From positions 3,596,001 through 3,660,000 of the forward strand of contig JBHGNT010000016.1 of NCBI GenBank assembly GCA_043228905.1: a stretch of 64,000 nucleotides of DNA. The letters are read 5' to 3'. The notes under the pieces are model-generated. The model ran no database searches. It worked only from the letters and a program-made list of their open reading frames with translations, and was not told the DNA's origin. Position 1 is the first letter of the stretch. The number at the start of each line of letters is the position of its first letter. Shown here piece by piece: positions 50,954 through 63,951 of this stretch. The stretch is from Azolla caroliniana (Eukaryota > Plantae > Polypodiophyta). The position numbers and the translations under genes were made by a program.

Positions 50954-52818
50954 TCACATGTCCGTTGGTCCTCCCGGACCCTTACCGGCATCATTCTCTC
51001 TGGTTCCCGACTTGCCGTCTCTGCCGTCTTGGTGGTTGCCATCGGTCCTTTGCTCAAACGGGTTCTTAGGCATCGGTCCTCTATATGCCTTTAACCGGAA
51101 TCCGTTGACCCATTTGCCCAGCACTTCGCCGGCAAGTGTCCCCAACTGGTAGGACCCATTATACTCCCGTGTTAGCCAATATGGTCCGGTCCATCTAAAC
51201 CTTAGTTTACCCGGCATCTTGCCCATCCGGGTTTGGAATACTAACACTGGTTTGCCGATTGCGAACATTTTTTCGTTACCTTTCCTGTGCCGGTCGACGA
51301 ATGCTTTCCATCGCCGTTGCTCCAATTCTAAATGTAGGATGCTGGCCAACCGTTATTCCTCTAGCTCACACAGCGCTGTCAACCTTATTGTCTCCGACTC
51401 CTTCTCGTTCAGTCGTTCTCGTAGCTGGATCCGTAAGCTAGGTACTTGAAATTCTACCGGCATGACCGCCTCGAGTCCGAACGCCAACCGGAACGGTGTT
51501 GTTCGGATGCTCGTTTTGTATGTCGTTCGGTATGCCCAAAGCGCTCTATGTAGCTTTGTGTCCCAATCCGTCCGGTTCTCGTTGACGATCTTCCGAAGGA
51601 TGTTCTGGAGCGTCTTGTTTGTTGATTCCGCTAATCCGTTCGCCTGTGGATAGTAAGGTGTGCTTCGTTTGTGGACCACGGCATAGAAGGTTGTTAGGCT
51701 TTCCACTACTTGTCCGAGAAAGTGACCCCCTTGGTCACTTATCAATTCAATGGGGCATCCGTAACGGCACCAGATGTACTCATATAGAAACTTTGCCGTT
51801 GACGCAGCAGTGTTATCCCGTAAAGCTTTGGCCTCCACCCATTTCGTGCAGTAATCCGTAGCAACGATAACGTACCGATTACCCGTTCTCATTGCCGGTG
51901 GCTTGAACGGTCCTACAAAGTCCAGCCCCCACTTTTGGAATGGCTCGAGTGGTAGTACCGGCTGGTGTGGCATACGAGCCTGCTCCATTGGCTGGCCCAT
52001 TCTCTGGCATAGGTCACATTCTTTTGCGTACCGTACCGCATCTCTTAATGTCGTTGGCCACCATAGGCCACTTTGCCATATTTTTCTGGTTGTCGCATCT
52101 CCGGCATAGTGACCTCCGGCAACTCCGCAATGGGCTTCCCTCAGTATCAGTTCCTTTTCATCGTTGCGCACCGCCCGTCTCCATATGCCGTCCGCGCCCT
52201 TGTGGTACAGTGTGTCTTGCAGTAAGCAGAAATGTCAGCTTTGTACCGCCAGGCGTTTCCGTTCGTCCCGGTTCAGTTCTTCCGGAGGCAGTCCTGTGCT
52301 CAGAAACTGGTGCATATTTGTGAGCCACTTGTCTTCCTGGGCCACTGTCTCATCTGTTGCCGTCTCCGTAGTGACTCGAAACAGCTCCGCATCCGGAAAC
52401 TCATCCGGTACTCCGTCACCCGTCTCTCCGGACTCCAATCGGCTTAAGTAATCCGCTACGGCATGCTGTATACCGGGTCGGTGGAATATTTCAAACTCGA
52501 ACTCCTGTAACAATAAGGTCCACCGGGCCAATTTGCCAGTGAGTGACGCCTTGGACACCAGGTAAAGGAGTGCCGAATGATCTACATGGAAGGAAAACTT
52601 CCTTCCCAATAAATAGTGCCGAAACTTTGTCACACTGTAGATCATTCCTAGAGCTTCCCGTTCCGTAGTAGAGTAGTTCCGTTCTGCTTGGGATAGCTTC
52701 CGGCTGGCATACTACATTGGCCGGTACCACTTTGGTTCCGTAAGCTGCATCAGTACGCTTCCGATTGCGATGTCGGAGGCGTCCACAAAACGTGAAATTC
52801 TTTACTCCAATCTGGAGG
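50954..52818 (-). pseudogene. Gypsy pol fragment: RNase H and integrase
   Basis: VDASDIAIGSVL, YYASRKLSQAERNYSTTEREALG, HHCC domain (EAHCG..GHY..CDLCQR), WGLDFVGP, YYPQANGLAE, RWTGPY; a few stops and frameshifts; no chromodomain. Confidence 0.93.
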
Positions 52819-52827
52819 TCCACGGGT

Positions 52828-53097
52828 AGGACAACAGGATGGTCCACGGGCAGAAAAGGAACTGCAACTCGGCGCAACCAGGCGGGACCACCCCTCTACA
52901 AGTGAGCCCATCTATCAAACCTTCGTGCAAGCACAACAAGGCACTGGTAGCCTGTGGCTCCGGTGGATAGGCGAACAGATAGCCGGAGCAGTGAGGTATA
53001 TAGAGGCGGAAGAAAGAGCACAAAGCGAACGGTTGCTCGTCACAACCGAACAACTAGAGACGGCCCGGTCCAGAATCCGGTGCCTTGAAAAAGATTT
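52828..53097 (+). repeat. 270-bp inverted copy of 49236-49505 filling the Gypsy deletion
   Basis: The same peptide QAQQGTGSLWLRWIGEQIAGAV appears on opposite strands; about 9 substitutions by eye. Confidence 0.93.
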
Positions 53098-53271
53098 CCG
53101 GTCTGTATTACAAAACAGTGCCATCTGCACCTGTTCGGGATCAGTCCGGATCCGGAACGGCATACCGATTCCGGTCCGTCCGTCCACACTCATAGCTTAA
53201 TTACAACCACATTCCTACTACTTAATTAGCTCTCCGTTTCCCACTCTGGACTCCTTTGCCGGCCGGTAACA
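53095..53271 (-). repeat. Truncated Gypsy LTR (outer 177 bp only)
   Basis: Equals 47579-47755 and is followed by TSD ATACT. Confidence 0.92.
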
Positions 53272-53730
53272 ATACTCTCATGAGGGGATGAGGAAAAAAG
53301 ACTCATGTATTGTTGTATGCATAGGATTTTGGTGGTATTCGGCGACATGGATGATGTGAACTTAATGACATAGGATTTATGTTTTAGATAAGGATGAGTG
53401 ATGATGGTGTGGAGGTCGAAGCACATTCTCATGAGGAGATGAGGAATTTAGACACATTTTCTTGTTTATGTGCAGGAATTTGGCGTATTCAACAATGATG
53501 GTGTGGAGGTTGAAGCACATTCTCATGAGATGAGGAATTTAGACACATTTTTTTGTTTATGTGCAAGAATTTGGTGTATTTGGCAAGATGGTTGATGAGG
53601 ACTTAACGAAGCAGTTTTTATGTTTTTTGATAAGGACGAGTGATGATGGTGTGGGGGCGAAGAATATGCTCATGAGGAGAGGAGGAAACTTGACTTAATT
53701 TGTTGTTCTATGTACAGGATTCTAGTGGTA
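53272..53730. repeat. Degenerate tandem repeat (right part)
   Basis: Repeated GATAAGGATGAGTGATGATGGTGTGG and CATGAGGAGATGAGGAA units. Confidence 0.7.
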
Positions 53731-54122
53731 ATCCGGCAAGATGGTTGATGGGGAAAGAGGAAACATAGTTGTTGACTACAATCACAGATGTGGAAAGTGG
53801 TCTCTTGAAAAACCAAAGAACGTGATCATCATCAAAACCGAGATCTACAAGTTGAAGAAGCATTGAATGGCACATAACTATGACCTCAGATGGTTTATTT
53901 CCAAGAAGAAGAAGAAGATAAATGTGCAATCAAAAATGCAATAGGCTTGGTGCCATAACAATATAAACAAAAAAGGAGATTGATCATGCCTAACATGAAA
54001 AATAATACAATCGGCCACATGCTTTAAATATCATATTGGCGTTGTACATATGAGGAAAAATAATTGCTTAACCCTTATTTAAATTGCATATTATTTATTT
54101 ATAAAACCACAATACGCTTAGC

Positions 54123-54482
54123 AAGACTTTTGAATTTTGTAAGTCCTTTGAGTCATTCAAAGTCCATCTTTAACCATGTCGCTAACATGTATATCAGTTG
54201 ATTCATCATAAAGAAACATGATGCCTTCAATAGTGTGCCTTTGTTGATTCATGATCGATGCTTAATAACTCTTTTCTAAATTAATCATCCTTGCAAATTG
54301 TCCCGTAAAGCAGTTGTGAAGACTTTTGAATTTCGTAAGGTCCTAAGGTCCTTTGAGTCATTCAAAGTCCATCTTTAACCATGTTGCTAAGATGTATATC
54401 GGTTGATTCATCATAAAAAAAACACAATGCCTTCAATCATGCACCGTTGTTGATTAATCATCTTTACAAATTGTCCCGAAAG
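54123..54482. repeat. Diverged tandem duplication, about 2 x 190 bp
   Basis: AAGACTTTTGAATTT...GTCCTTTGAGTCATTCAAAGTCCATCTTTAACCATG at 54123 and 54319. Confidence 0.85.
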
Positions 54483-56069
54483 TGTTTGCATGCCTTATCA
54501 TAAATAGTCATATTGTAATGACCAACAATAAGCCCCAATTGGGATATTTTCCAATTCTCCCAATATAACATGGTGTAATGAATAGTAAAATGTGCGCTTT
54601 ACGGCATTGAGGCAATGAATTCCAGACATGAGCTACAAGTGTGATATTTTATTCATAAAAAAGTATTTGTAGATCTAGTTTTGGATCATACACACTAATA
54701 TGTTGCTCATAACAAAGGGCTTAACAACTTTGATATTGTCATATTTTCCAATGTACAAACACCACCAATTCTTTTCCAAAGGCAATGCCTACAAATTGTA
54801 GTAATAAGTGGAGTATTCATGGTTCATTTGAAATCATGAGATTGGACAACTCCAATATTGTTTTTTTAATCATAAACAAAAACATAATCATTTATTGGAA
54901 ATTTGCTTTTGCTCATTGTCCAAGGATATCTCTTGTTTTCCAAATGTTTATAGATCTAACAAACTCATATATCAAAGATTCCATGTAGACATGAAGTTTC
55001 AAACAAAACATCTTGTGTATAATGGTATCTTCAATATTTGTGCATTTTTGTTTAGGTTTTGAATGATTTTGCAACATGGTTGTCATATAATGAAATTAAT
55101 TGTTCAACATATAGACAATTTTTATTTATCTTTCACGTATTTTCCAACTCTACATTTGGAATCCCAAATATAAGGTATTTTACTTGTAGGCAATGCATTA
55201 TAATGTATCATGTGGTAACACCTAGGTACCAAAGCAACGTTGAATGCTATAGTATAATGGCAAATTGCAATGATTGCTCTCCTTCACATGTAAAGTTCAT
55301 TTACAACCATTTATGTAATCTTCGTTGTACATTGTTCACCCTCCCTAAATGGCACTTTACATATAAGCTTGAAACATAATGATCTATTTTACTTAAAATT
55401 TGAGAGAATCTTTTGTTGCTCAATGACAAATGCAATTGTTGTTCCTAGAAAAGAATAATCAAACAAAATGTTTAGGTACAAGCTAACTAGACCAATTATC
55501 AAAAATCGTCTATGTGGTTGTGATAATGATTTATGTTGGTCATTTAATTGGGAAAAAATTGGAATAATCTTGTGTTTATCCTTATTTTCCCATATGATGT
55601 TATGGTTTTCTCCACTTGTGGGAGTTACCATGATCATGGAAGGATTATTTACGAAACTCTTAACTAAGCATTATTGAATCTCTTAGATATGATCAATGGT
55701 TAACCCCAAGTTGCGAGTTTTTCTCCACACGTGTTCTTTGAGTGCACACTTTGTGATAGCATCCTAAATGAGGAGTAGCTAGTGTTTAACTCAACCATAT
55801 GCGTCGATGAGCTGTCAATGGTGTGACCATAGATGAGTAGGACAAAATATATTTAGGATAGAGAGAAATAGAGTAATGGGATTTACTAGTAAGAAATAGA
55901 ATAATATTCTCCATTGGCAAGTTAATATTTACTTAGCCTTGAAGAATGTATAATGTTACATTGACTTTAAGATAAGTACTATCTAGCACTAGCTTCTATG
56001 TGAGGAGCTAGGTAATTTAAATGACAAATCACTTGACATATAAAAGGAATATCCCCACCAATATCATTT

Positions 56070-57520
56070 GACTTTTTTTTATAAATGAAAATATATCCTT
56101 CCATTAGTTTTAAAAAGCATATCAGTTACAAAATATAAAATAGATGGAAAGGAAGTGACTATCCTTCCCTAGCCCGTCTTGTGTAAGACAATGGCTAGCC
56201 ATGAGTCCTTCGTTTGATAGACTTGATTGAGCACTTCCTCAATAATTGAGACATACCATGAATTTGCATATGCTCGAAGCAAATCAATCTTCCTCATCAT
56301 GTTCATATTCAACATATCCAGATACCACTTTTGGGTCATCTATTCCTCGAAGAACTTTACATGCATCTAATATACCACCACATTTACAATGACCAAGCAT
56401 CCTCTATTTTCCACATTCAACGTAAAACTCAAGCAGAGCATTAGGGTATAGAGGTCATTTTGTATGCCTCGATCCATTATTTCAGCATGTATGAGCATGC
56501 CTTCATGTAAAGCCATATGATTGGCATCGCATCCTCTATTTTCCAAATTCAACGTAAAACTCAAGCAAAGCATTATGGTAGAGAGGTCATTTTGTATGCC
56601 TCAATCCATGATTTCCGCATTTATGAGCATGCCTTCATGTAAAGCCATGTGATCAGCACCCACCTTGAGGGATCTTAGCCCATCGAACAGTTTATATGCC
56701 TCTGATAAACTTCCACATGTTGCATACCTATCAAGAGTGCTTCCAATGAGCATATCCAAGTTGATACCTAGTTGAGCGATGGCAAAATGGAGTTCTTTTC
56801 CTTTCTTTTAAATCAGATGTGTTCGAACATGAAAATCACATCTTGAATGCAAGATTTGAAGAACAATGACACCATCCATCTCATAAGAAGAAATGGAATT
56901 CTACATACATATCAATTAGCATACCATGTTCCACACCTTGCTTTCAAATACGATTGTGCACTTCTTGTCCTTTTTCTACTGCTCAAAAACATCCACATGT
57001 TTTCAAGTCACAAACAATGTGATGACATTCAAAGATATACCTTCTGAATGCATACATAAGTGCCATATAAAAGCATCCTCTCCCAACCTGTTTTCAGCCT
57101 ATCTTGAAATCAGTGTGGTCTTGAGTGTCTCCGCAAGAAAGTCACATTCCATATACAGCAAGACAGACAACTCCAACAATCACGTTATTTTCAAGTAATC
57201 CTTTCTTTGTTATCACCACATCCATTCCTTGGCCTTTGCTAACAACACATGCATGTCCACCTATTTTCAAGATACAAATCAGAGCTAAAGGATTGAGAAA
57301 GATACCGTAATCTTGCATAAACTCAACATAATTCTATGCTTCTTTATCTTGGTCATTCTCTACATATCCTCTAATGAATGAGGTCCAAAGCACCACATTT
57401 GAAGCCATGTGTAAAAATATTATCATTTTCAATTTTTAATTAGCTCATCCATTTGGACGAAACAGAAAAATTGTGTTCCCTTTCTATACATCTCCCATGT
57501 TGCCACATGCTTTCAACAAA
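56070..57520 (-). pseudogene. PPR-mosaic plus LINE-tail repeat, copy D (longest), with an internal 2 x 132-bp duplication at 56397-56660
   Basis: Minus-strand motifs VVLWTSFIRGYVEND and YATCGSLSEAYKLFDGL; 56955-57115 also matches 5875-6006; shared tail at 56070-56215. Confidence 0.8.
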
Positions 57521-57599
57521 CTAGAAACTAAGTCTCGAAGGCCTTTCTTCTTGGCCCAAGCCTTGAGATTGCACAGAATCTCAATTATTTCTTTCTTTT

Positions 57600-59440
57600 C
57601 AACTGCTCATAGATTGCCATTGACATACATAACTCCCAAGATAGTACCAATAACAATTATACATAGCCACATGCTTCATATCGATGGAGGAAATACCTAG
57701 AGAGGTGGTTGATACCTCCAACGTATACAACAATTAACCATGTAGAATATGTTCATCCTTTCCCATCTCTTCTTAAAAACCTCTTTCTTTCGAAAGACTA
57801 CATCTAAATCACCCTTGATAGCGTCATATTCTCCTTTTAGTGTATACACCAAGGTCAACCAAATCTCCTTAACTACATCCACAACATTTCATTGAATTTG
57901 CTGAAATATCCTTCAACATCTACAAGTCCACAAAACCCATAATGTTATGGAACTAATAATCTCCCAAACCACCCCATTCTATATTGAATTAATAGGCATA
58001 CACGACGACACTTCCTCAACATATCGACCTCTTGTATGTAATACAAAGGTAACCTTTTCTTGTTCATAATCTTGTACCTCACCCTTAATAGCAACCCACA
58101 TCACTGCCCCCCATTTATATACTCTAGAGCCATATACCTCATGCAATAGACGTAATATCCTTTTCCAAACCAATTTGGCAGCCATACATGACCAGAATAG
58201 GTGATGAAGAGACTCCATCTCTAATCCACAAAAATCACACATCTTATCCATATCCTTACAATGCATCCAATCCCTAGTAGGAACCGCATAATGAACAACC
58301 ACCCATCTAAATAGAATAATCTTCTTTGAAATTTGCATAGCCCATAGCCATTTCCAAAATGTTGTCATATGAGTAGGACAAACATTATAACTCAACCATG
58401 TTGTAGCTTGTTGTTGGCCAACGAGGTATCCTACGTCGTAACATCTCCCTTCCCAATCGGACCGAATATTGAAAAAATGGAATCGGCCTAACATCCTCCC
58501 CTAAATATGATGTAGGTAACCACTTCCCATTCCCCTTGATGAACATTAGGATCAAGGTCTAGGATCCAAATCTTATCTACCTTAGCGAGACGTCTAACTG
58601 GTTTTAATGTAGCCTCAACAAGACATTCATCTTCTAGGGGGGATCAACCCTAATCATCCATCTTGTAAAACATCATAACTCAAGAAAGTATCCTTATCTT
58701 GAATGTCACATACTCCAAGTAAAATTTGAAAATTTGAAAATTTGAAAATAATCCCACCCATTTATGACAATTAGAATGTATATTATCCATCAAGTGTAGC
58801 TGCAATTTCCTTAACTCATCAACTACCATCTTTCCTCCTCTTATTCCTCTAGATTCTTGTTGCATAATATCAGTAGGATTGTGAACAAAGCGTTGCCACT
58901 TACTAAAAGATGAGGCAAAAGATGAATCCACTTGAGCCCAATTTAATCTCACTCTCCTCCCCAACATAGATCCTTCATCATCTAGAAATAAAGGATTCCA
59001 AACCAAGGGTTGATGTAAACATTCATCCATCTAAGTGGGCCAAACTTGTTGCAAATTATCTTTTAGGGACCACCAGGCTCGCTTTATCGCAACAAAGAAC
59101 CTTTCATTCTAAAATACTATCTTATGCGAATGAAAGTTAGGAATAAACCACCATCGAAGAGACATTGTCCATTCACCTCCAGTTTTCGAGAAGACCTCTT
59201 TCATTCTTAACTGAAGAAGCGTCTTCCACAGTTCATTTCCTAGCAGTAAACCTTGCACTATAAATGTTGTCAATAGTGCCTTACATTGCATCAGAGGATC
59301 TACCAAACCTAAAGCCCCTTGAAAGGTCAGCACTATAATTGTTTTCCAAGTTACCTAGGGTCTAACATTCTTAAAATCAGTAGAACCACATACAAAATTT
59401 TTAATCAACCTTTGTAACTTTGACAACACCAATCTCAATT
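57600..59440 (-). mobile_element. L1-like LINE ORF2 3' half, decayed
   Basis: GALGLVDP, QPLVWNPLF, FWKWLWAMQISKKIILFRW...CDFCGLEMESLHHLFWSC (zf-RVT), IRWRYQPP. Confidence 0.88.
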
Positions 59441-61210
59441 GACTTGCACATTTAATGTGACAATAAGACGAAATACAAACTATATAGATATCCAAACTCT
59501 TTCTCTTACACAGTCGGCGTGACTATTATATATATCAACTAATTTTGTTGACAAAATCAGCTGCCTACAAGGGCAATTGGATGAGGTTTGCAACCACTCC
59601 GACGGCGTGGTCATTGCCCGCTTACACTTCTGGTAGAAATGGAGGAACACACTGATGGTGACACAAGGAAGAAACCACCCAAGTTGAAACCACCAAGCCC
59701 TATGCCGGTTGTCTCCTACTCACCTTCCGCCCTCCCTCCGTTGAAGGCCAAAGGATTGGGCTCATGTTGGCCAGAGATGATTGCCACTCTGGATACCTAC
59801 TTACATTAAGTAGAAAGTAAGAGAGGATATGTACATAGTTTCATATTCTTGAACTCGATCGGGGGGTGATTCCCTGACTTATATACTTGTAGTCTTTCTG
59901 TAAAAAAATTCCTAACTAATTAGACAAAATCCCATCTAAGCTCTAAGGTGTACAGTGTGAGCATGCATGAGGACTACCATCGTGAGCTTCTCTTATATGT
60001 AACAAAAAATTTGTATTGTAACGATCGCTCTTTTCTTTTTGGGTACAAGAACGCATACCACATGCCGCTACGAAAGAAGGGTTTGGTCTACCTAGTCAAT
60101 TCTCAATATTTCCAACAAAATCCTTGTCAAATTTGCCAAATGTGTAAGAATGATAGCGAATAAACTAAAAGGCATCTTATACAATGTTTCATTAAAATGG
60201 AATATGGCTTTTTATCATAAACAAAGTCATATAAAAAACAATATAGCAAATACATATGAGTGAAATGCAACCAAATGTGTCCACAAACAATGCATAAGGT
60301 TATCTATCATAGATTTTGGAACAAAAACTATATATATGCTATATCAACTTTTAATGGAACGAATCATCATAGAATCTTGTAGAAAGAGCAACTAGTGAAA
60401 GGATAAAACCTAGAAGAACATATTGTCCACAAAATTTATATACCATTGCTAACCATCCTTTTTTGCTATATATGGATAACTTAATGATAAGGTTTAATCC
60501 ATCAAATATACATTGTAAACTCCACAAAATTCAAGAGGATTTGGATAATTTAATTCAAGGGGCCGTTAATGTCAATGTCTCACAAAGCAAGCCTTCTTTG
60601 TAAAACTTTTAGAATGTGGAACCCATCGTAAATTTTACTTTATCACTTACAAGATAAGTTTTCTTCCTTGCCTTTGAGAACATTTGTTACAAAGTAAATC
60701 CCATGCCTCTTGATACTTTTGGATATTATCTTCATGTGTTTCTGCTAAGCCTCTCTTCTTTTTTTAGTATACCATCCTTTGTGACAAGAGACTTTCACAT
60801 CACTCCACATCTATAGACTTTTATATATATGCTTTCTCACATCACTCCAAATATGTGTGCTTTTATGCATAGGCCTTCACATCACCCCATGCACGTAGTG
60901 CTTCCAAAGGATGGCCTCATTTACATTTCTTAAGTTTACATAAAAATGGCATACACTTTGTAGTTGCAAATGATAAAATACAATGTTAGGACTTACAGAA
61001 AAATCACGGCATTGGTAATGTGTTCTCAATCTTTTCTCATGCCATGAGGCTCAGTAGAATCGACCCACTTTTATACAACTAATATCCAACAAATCAGTTA
61101 TAGAAGTTTCTTAATGTAGACAAGATATCACATATGGGGGCATCCTTGAACCACATTGCACATAAACTGGTCATTAATAATACATTTTGGTCTAATGGAA
61201 AATATGTCGG

Positions 61211-61687
61211 TTAATCTCTTCGCGGAGTGTCCACATGGAAAAGGCTATGGCTGCTTTCTTGGTGAGGACTACAAGGAGGGCTGAAAGAAGGCATAGATAG
61301 AATCTCTGGGGAAATCTCCTTGTTCCAATTACTTTCTTCTTCACTATGATAAACATTATTAGAATCTGGCTGCTGAATGTCCCTTGGATAAGGATACACA
61401 AGACCATGTTTAATTTCTGGTTTGAATCCTTCATCTGATTGGCCACGAGCAATGTCTTCTGAATATGCTTTACCACCCAATTCCGCATCACCACCGTGAA
61501 CATCTTTGTTACTGCTCAGTGCCATTATTACAGTATCAAGATTTTCAACTTGCCCGAAATTTGACTCATTAATTTTGGATGGTGGAATTTTGGAGCACAA
61601 AATCTCCTTAAAGTTGCCAAGTATACCCTTGTCGTATGGGTTCCCATTGTGATCATAGTAGCGATACCTGAAGTTCTCGTATGTCGT
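61211..61687 (-). CDS. DHHC protein S-acyltransferase, last exon
   Basis: TTTAATCAG|TTYENFRYRYYDHNGNPYDKGILGNFKEILCSKIPPSK (TTxE and PaCCT motifs); stop at 61211. Confidence 0.93.
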   Translation of the reverse strand, partial: TTYENFRYRYYDHNGNPYDKGILGNFKEILCSKIPPSKINESNFGQVENLDTVIMALSSNKDVHGGDAELGGKAYSEDIARGQSDEGFKPEIKHGLVYPYPRDIQQPDSNNVYHSEEESNWNKEISPEILSMPSFSPPCSPHQESSHSLFHVDTPRRD

Positions 61688-63249
61688 CTGATTAAAACAA
61701 TGTAAGATTTGACTAATTATATACTAGCACACTCCCTCTCTCCCTCCCTCCTATGATGGGGTTCCTGTGCATCAAATGAGGTAATACAAATATAGACATT
61801 ATGAGGACCAATCAAAGTACTACCTATGTGAAGTGAGAATTGCATAGATAGGTTTGTATGGTGAAGTCCAAGGTTGACATTGTGAATCATGATTGACCTC
61901 AAATTGAGAAATGACATGGAAATTGTGGCATTATCCTCTACGGCATTAAAAAACCATGATTGGAGAGCTATACTCCAAAGTAACACAATAGGAGCATTTA
62001 AAAGGTTGGTTAACCATGAAAAAGTCCAAGTAGAACAAAAGAGCATGTTTTCTGTAGTTTCGTGTAAAAACCTTACATTCAGAACTATAACTTCATTTCA
62101 TTAGTTTCAACCTAGTTTCAACCATAGTAAAAACAGGATTTCCATATACCTGCAGTTGAAGCATTGTAACAAGATCCATTGCAATTATCAAATTAAGCTG
62201 AAATTCATACACATGCACTGAAATATTAAGTTTAAAAGAGTCACGGAAAAATACATGCGAAGTATGTATGGTGAAACAGTGGCATATGAAATACAAAATA
62301 CGCCTCGAACGGTGCTGCCTTTATAAAATAGATGGAAAACTCGCCATCCAAGCATAAATCAAGAACTTACATCTTGTTGTGTACCGCAAAAAGTTGCAGT
62401 TGTCAGCAAAATCAGAATTTGGCAGAAAGCCGCACCTGTTGCTACAATGCTCCTGCTCTTGGCAGGAAACCAGAAATTACCCACCCAACTTTGCTCCATA
62501 GAGTGATCCAATATGGAATGTACATTTGGAGGAGGAAGTGTCTCCGATGTACTGTGATGTGGCTTGATCTTATAAAGATGTGCAATCTGAACCATGGTCC
62601 ATGACAAAGAGGAATGGCTCTCTGATTCCACTTTAACCAGGATGTTTGCTTATACATTACTAGTATCCCTAATAATATCCATGCAGAAGAAATTTGTCTA
62701 TTTTCTCTGCCTAGGTGGATTTCTGCGCATCTAGGTCTCCCTCAAGTGGCCTTTTCAAGGTCTTCTTATCTCTAGAAAGAATGGCAATAACAATCTTTGA
62801 GTAGTGTACTCTGTCACTCTCTGGAGAATCCAGGCATTCAGCATATAAAGGACATCATTTACTAATCATAGCCTAAAAGGCATTAAAGCCATGCAGTTTG
62901 AAGGAATCTTCCACATGTGGACAATACTCTAAAATCTGTTCATCTTTATAGCATTATTGCCTTGTAAAATGCAAAACCAACATATCTCCATATTTCAATA
63001 GTAAAGTTGCCATTTATATCTTTGGTATTGCATTAACAATAAATGATGCATAGGTTTTCACATTAACACTTCTAAGTGCCCTTAGTGAAGTAACTTGGCA
63101 TTAGTTGAGGTCAAATGCGTGCTTTATTTATTTATTGTGGGTTTCTTCACATTTAATCCATGCAATTTCACATATAGCATAAAGGAAATTAAACAATGCC
63201 AAAAATGTATATGAAAAAAGCAAACATGAGAGCTAGGGTCATACAATAC

Positions 63250-63486
63250 CTGATTTGTGCTTATCAAGTACGCATGAAACACAGTGAGACCGCCGACAAA
63301 CCAAGACGCTAGAAAACAATAAGCCATTAGAGCGACAGATGCAGGTGATCTTTGGAATGCTTTCCAAACTGTATTTGGAGAATTTCCATCCATGAGCTTT
63401 TTTATTCGTAACGCACACATTGCGATAACAAAGAAGCATAACAATGTTGACGTGAATATGAACGTTATAAAGAATGGATAATTCCT
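63250..63486 (-). CDS. DHHC protein S-acyltransferase, penultimate exon (TM3-TM4)
   Basis: TTGCAG|RNYPFF...WFVGGLTVFHAYLISTNQ|GTATTG, phase 0. Confidence 0.95.
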
Positions 63487-63687
63487 CTGCAATACAATAA
63501 AAACAACCAAATGCTATAAATAAAAACAACACGTCAAAAAATGAAAAACAACAAGGGAGAAAAACCTAAGTACCCATCTTGTTGGATGCTCATCAGAATT
63601 CCTCTCTGTAGTACATAATTCATAATACTACATGTGGGTACCCTGGTATTTTTCAAAACTTGGGTATTTTGGTGTTGATATACATAC

Positions 63688-63951
63688 TCTTCCAATGCAT
63701 TGCCCTATCCATGGGCAATGATGATCGAATCGGTCTACGCAATTGTTGCAAATGGAGCAGTGTGAACACCGAAGGGGCCTATGATGACGACAGGTCTGAC
63801 AATACTTCCTCTTTACTATCTTTCCATTCACAATTTCATCAATAGGTTGCCATGCAGATGAATCAAATAATGATTCGAAAGCTTCCTTGTTACTATTCCG
63901 AGGGATTATTCCTGGATCTCGACTCGCTGTTAGCAAGAGAGATATTAAGAC
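63688..63951 (-). CDS. DHHC protein S-acyltransferase (PAT), internal exon with the DHHC cysteine-rich domain
   Basis: Acceptor TTTGCTCAG|; TASRDPGIIPRN...KYCQTCRHHRPLRCSHCSICNNCVDRFDHHCPWIGQCIGR|GTATGT. Upstream exons lie outside the window. Confidence 0.96.

Larger units (their letters stand above)
47322..53271 (-). mobile_element. Ty3/Gypsy (non-chromoviral, Athila/Tat-like) LTR retrotransposon with gag, PR and RT deleted
   Basis: Full LTR TGTTA...TAACA at 47322-47755, truncated second LTR at 53095-53271, TSD ATACT (47317-47321 and 53272-53276), RNase H then integrase on the minus strand. Confidence 0.93.

Noticed and set aside
53272-53730. Repeat-spacer-like pattern resembling CRISPR
   Set aside because: Units are degenerate and of variable length with no unique spacers or cas genes, and the context is a plant nuclear genome.
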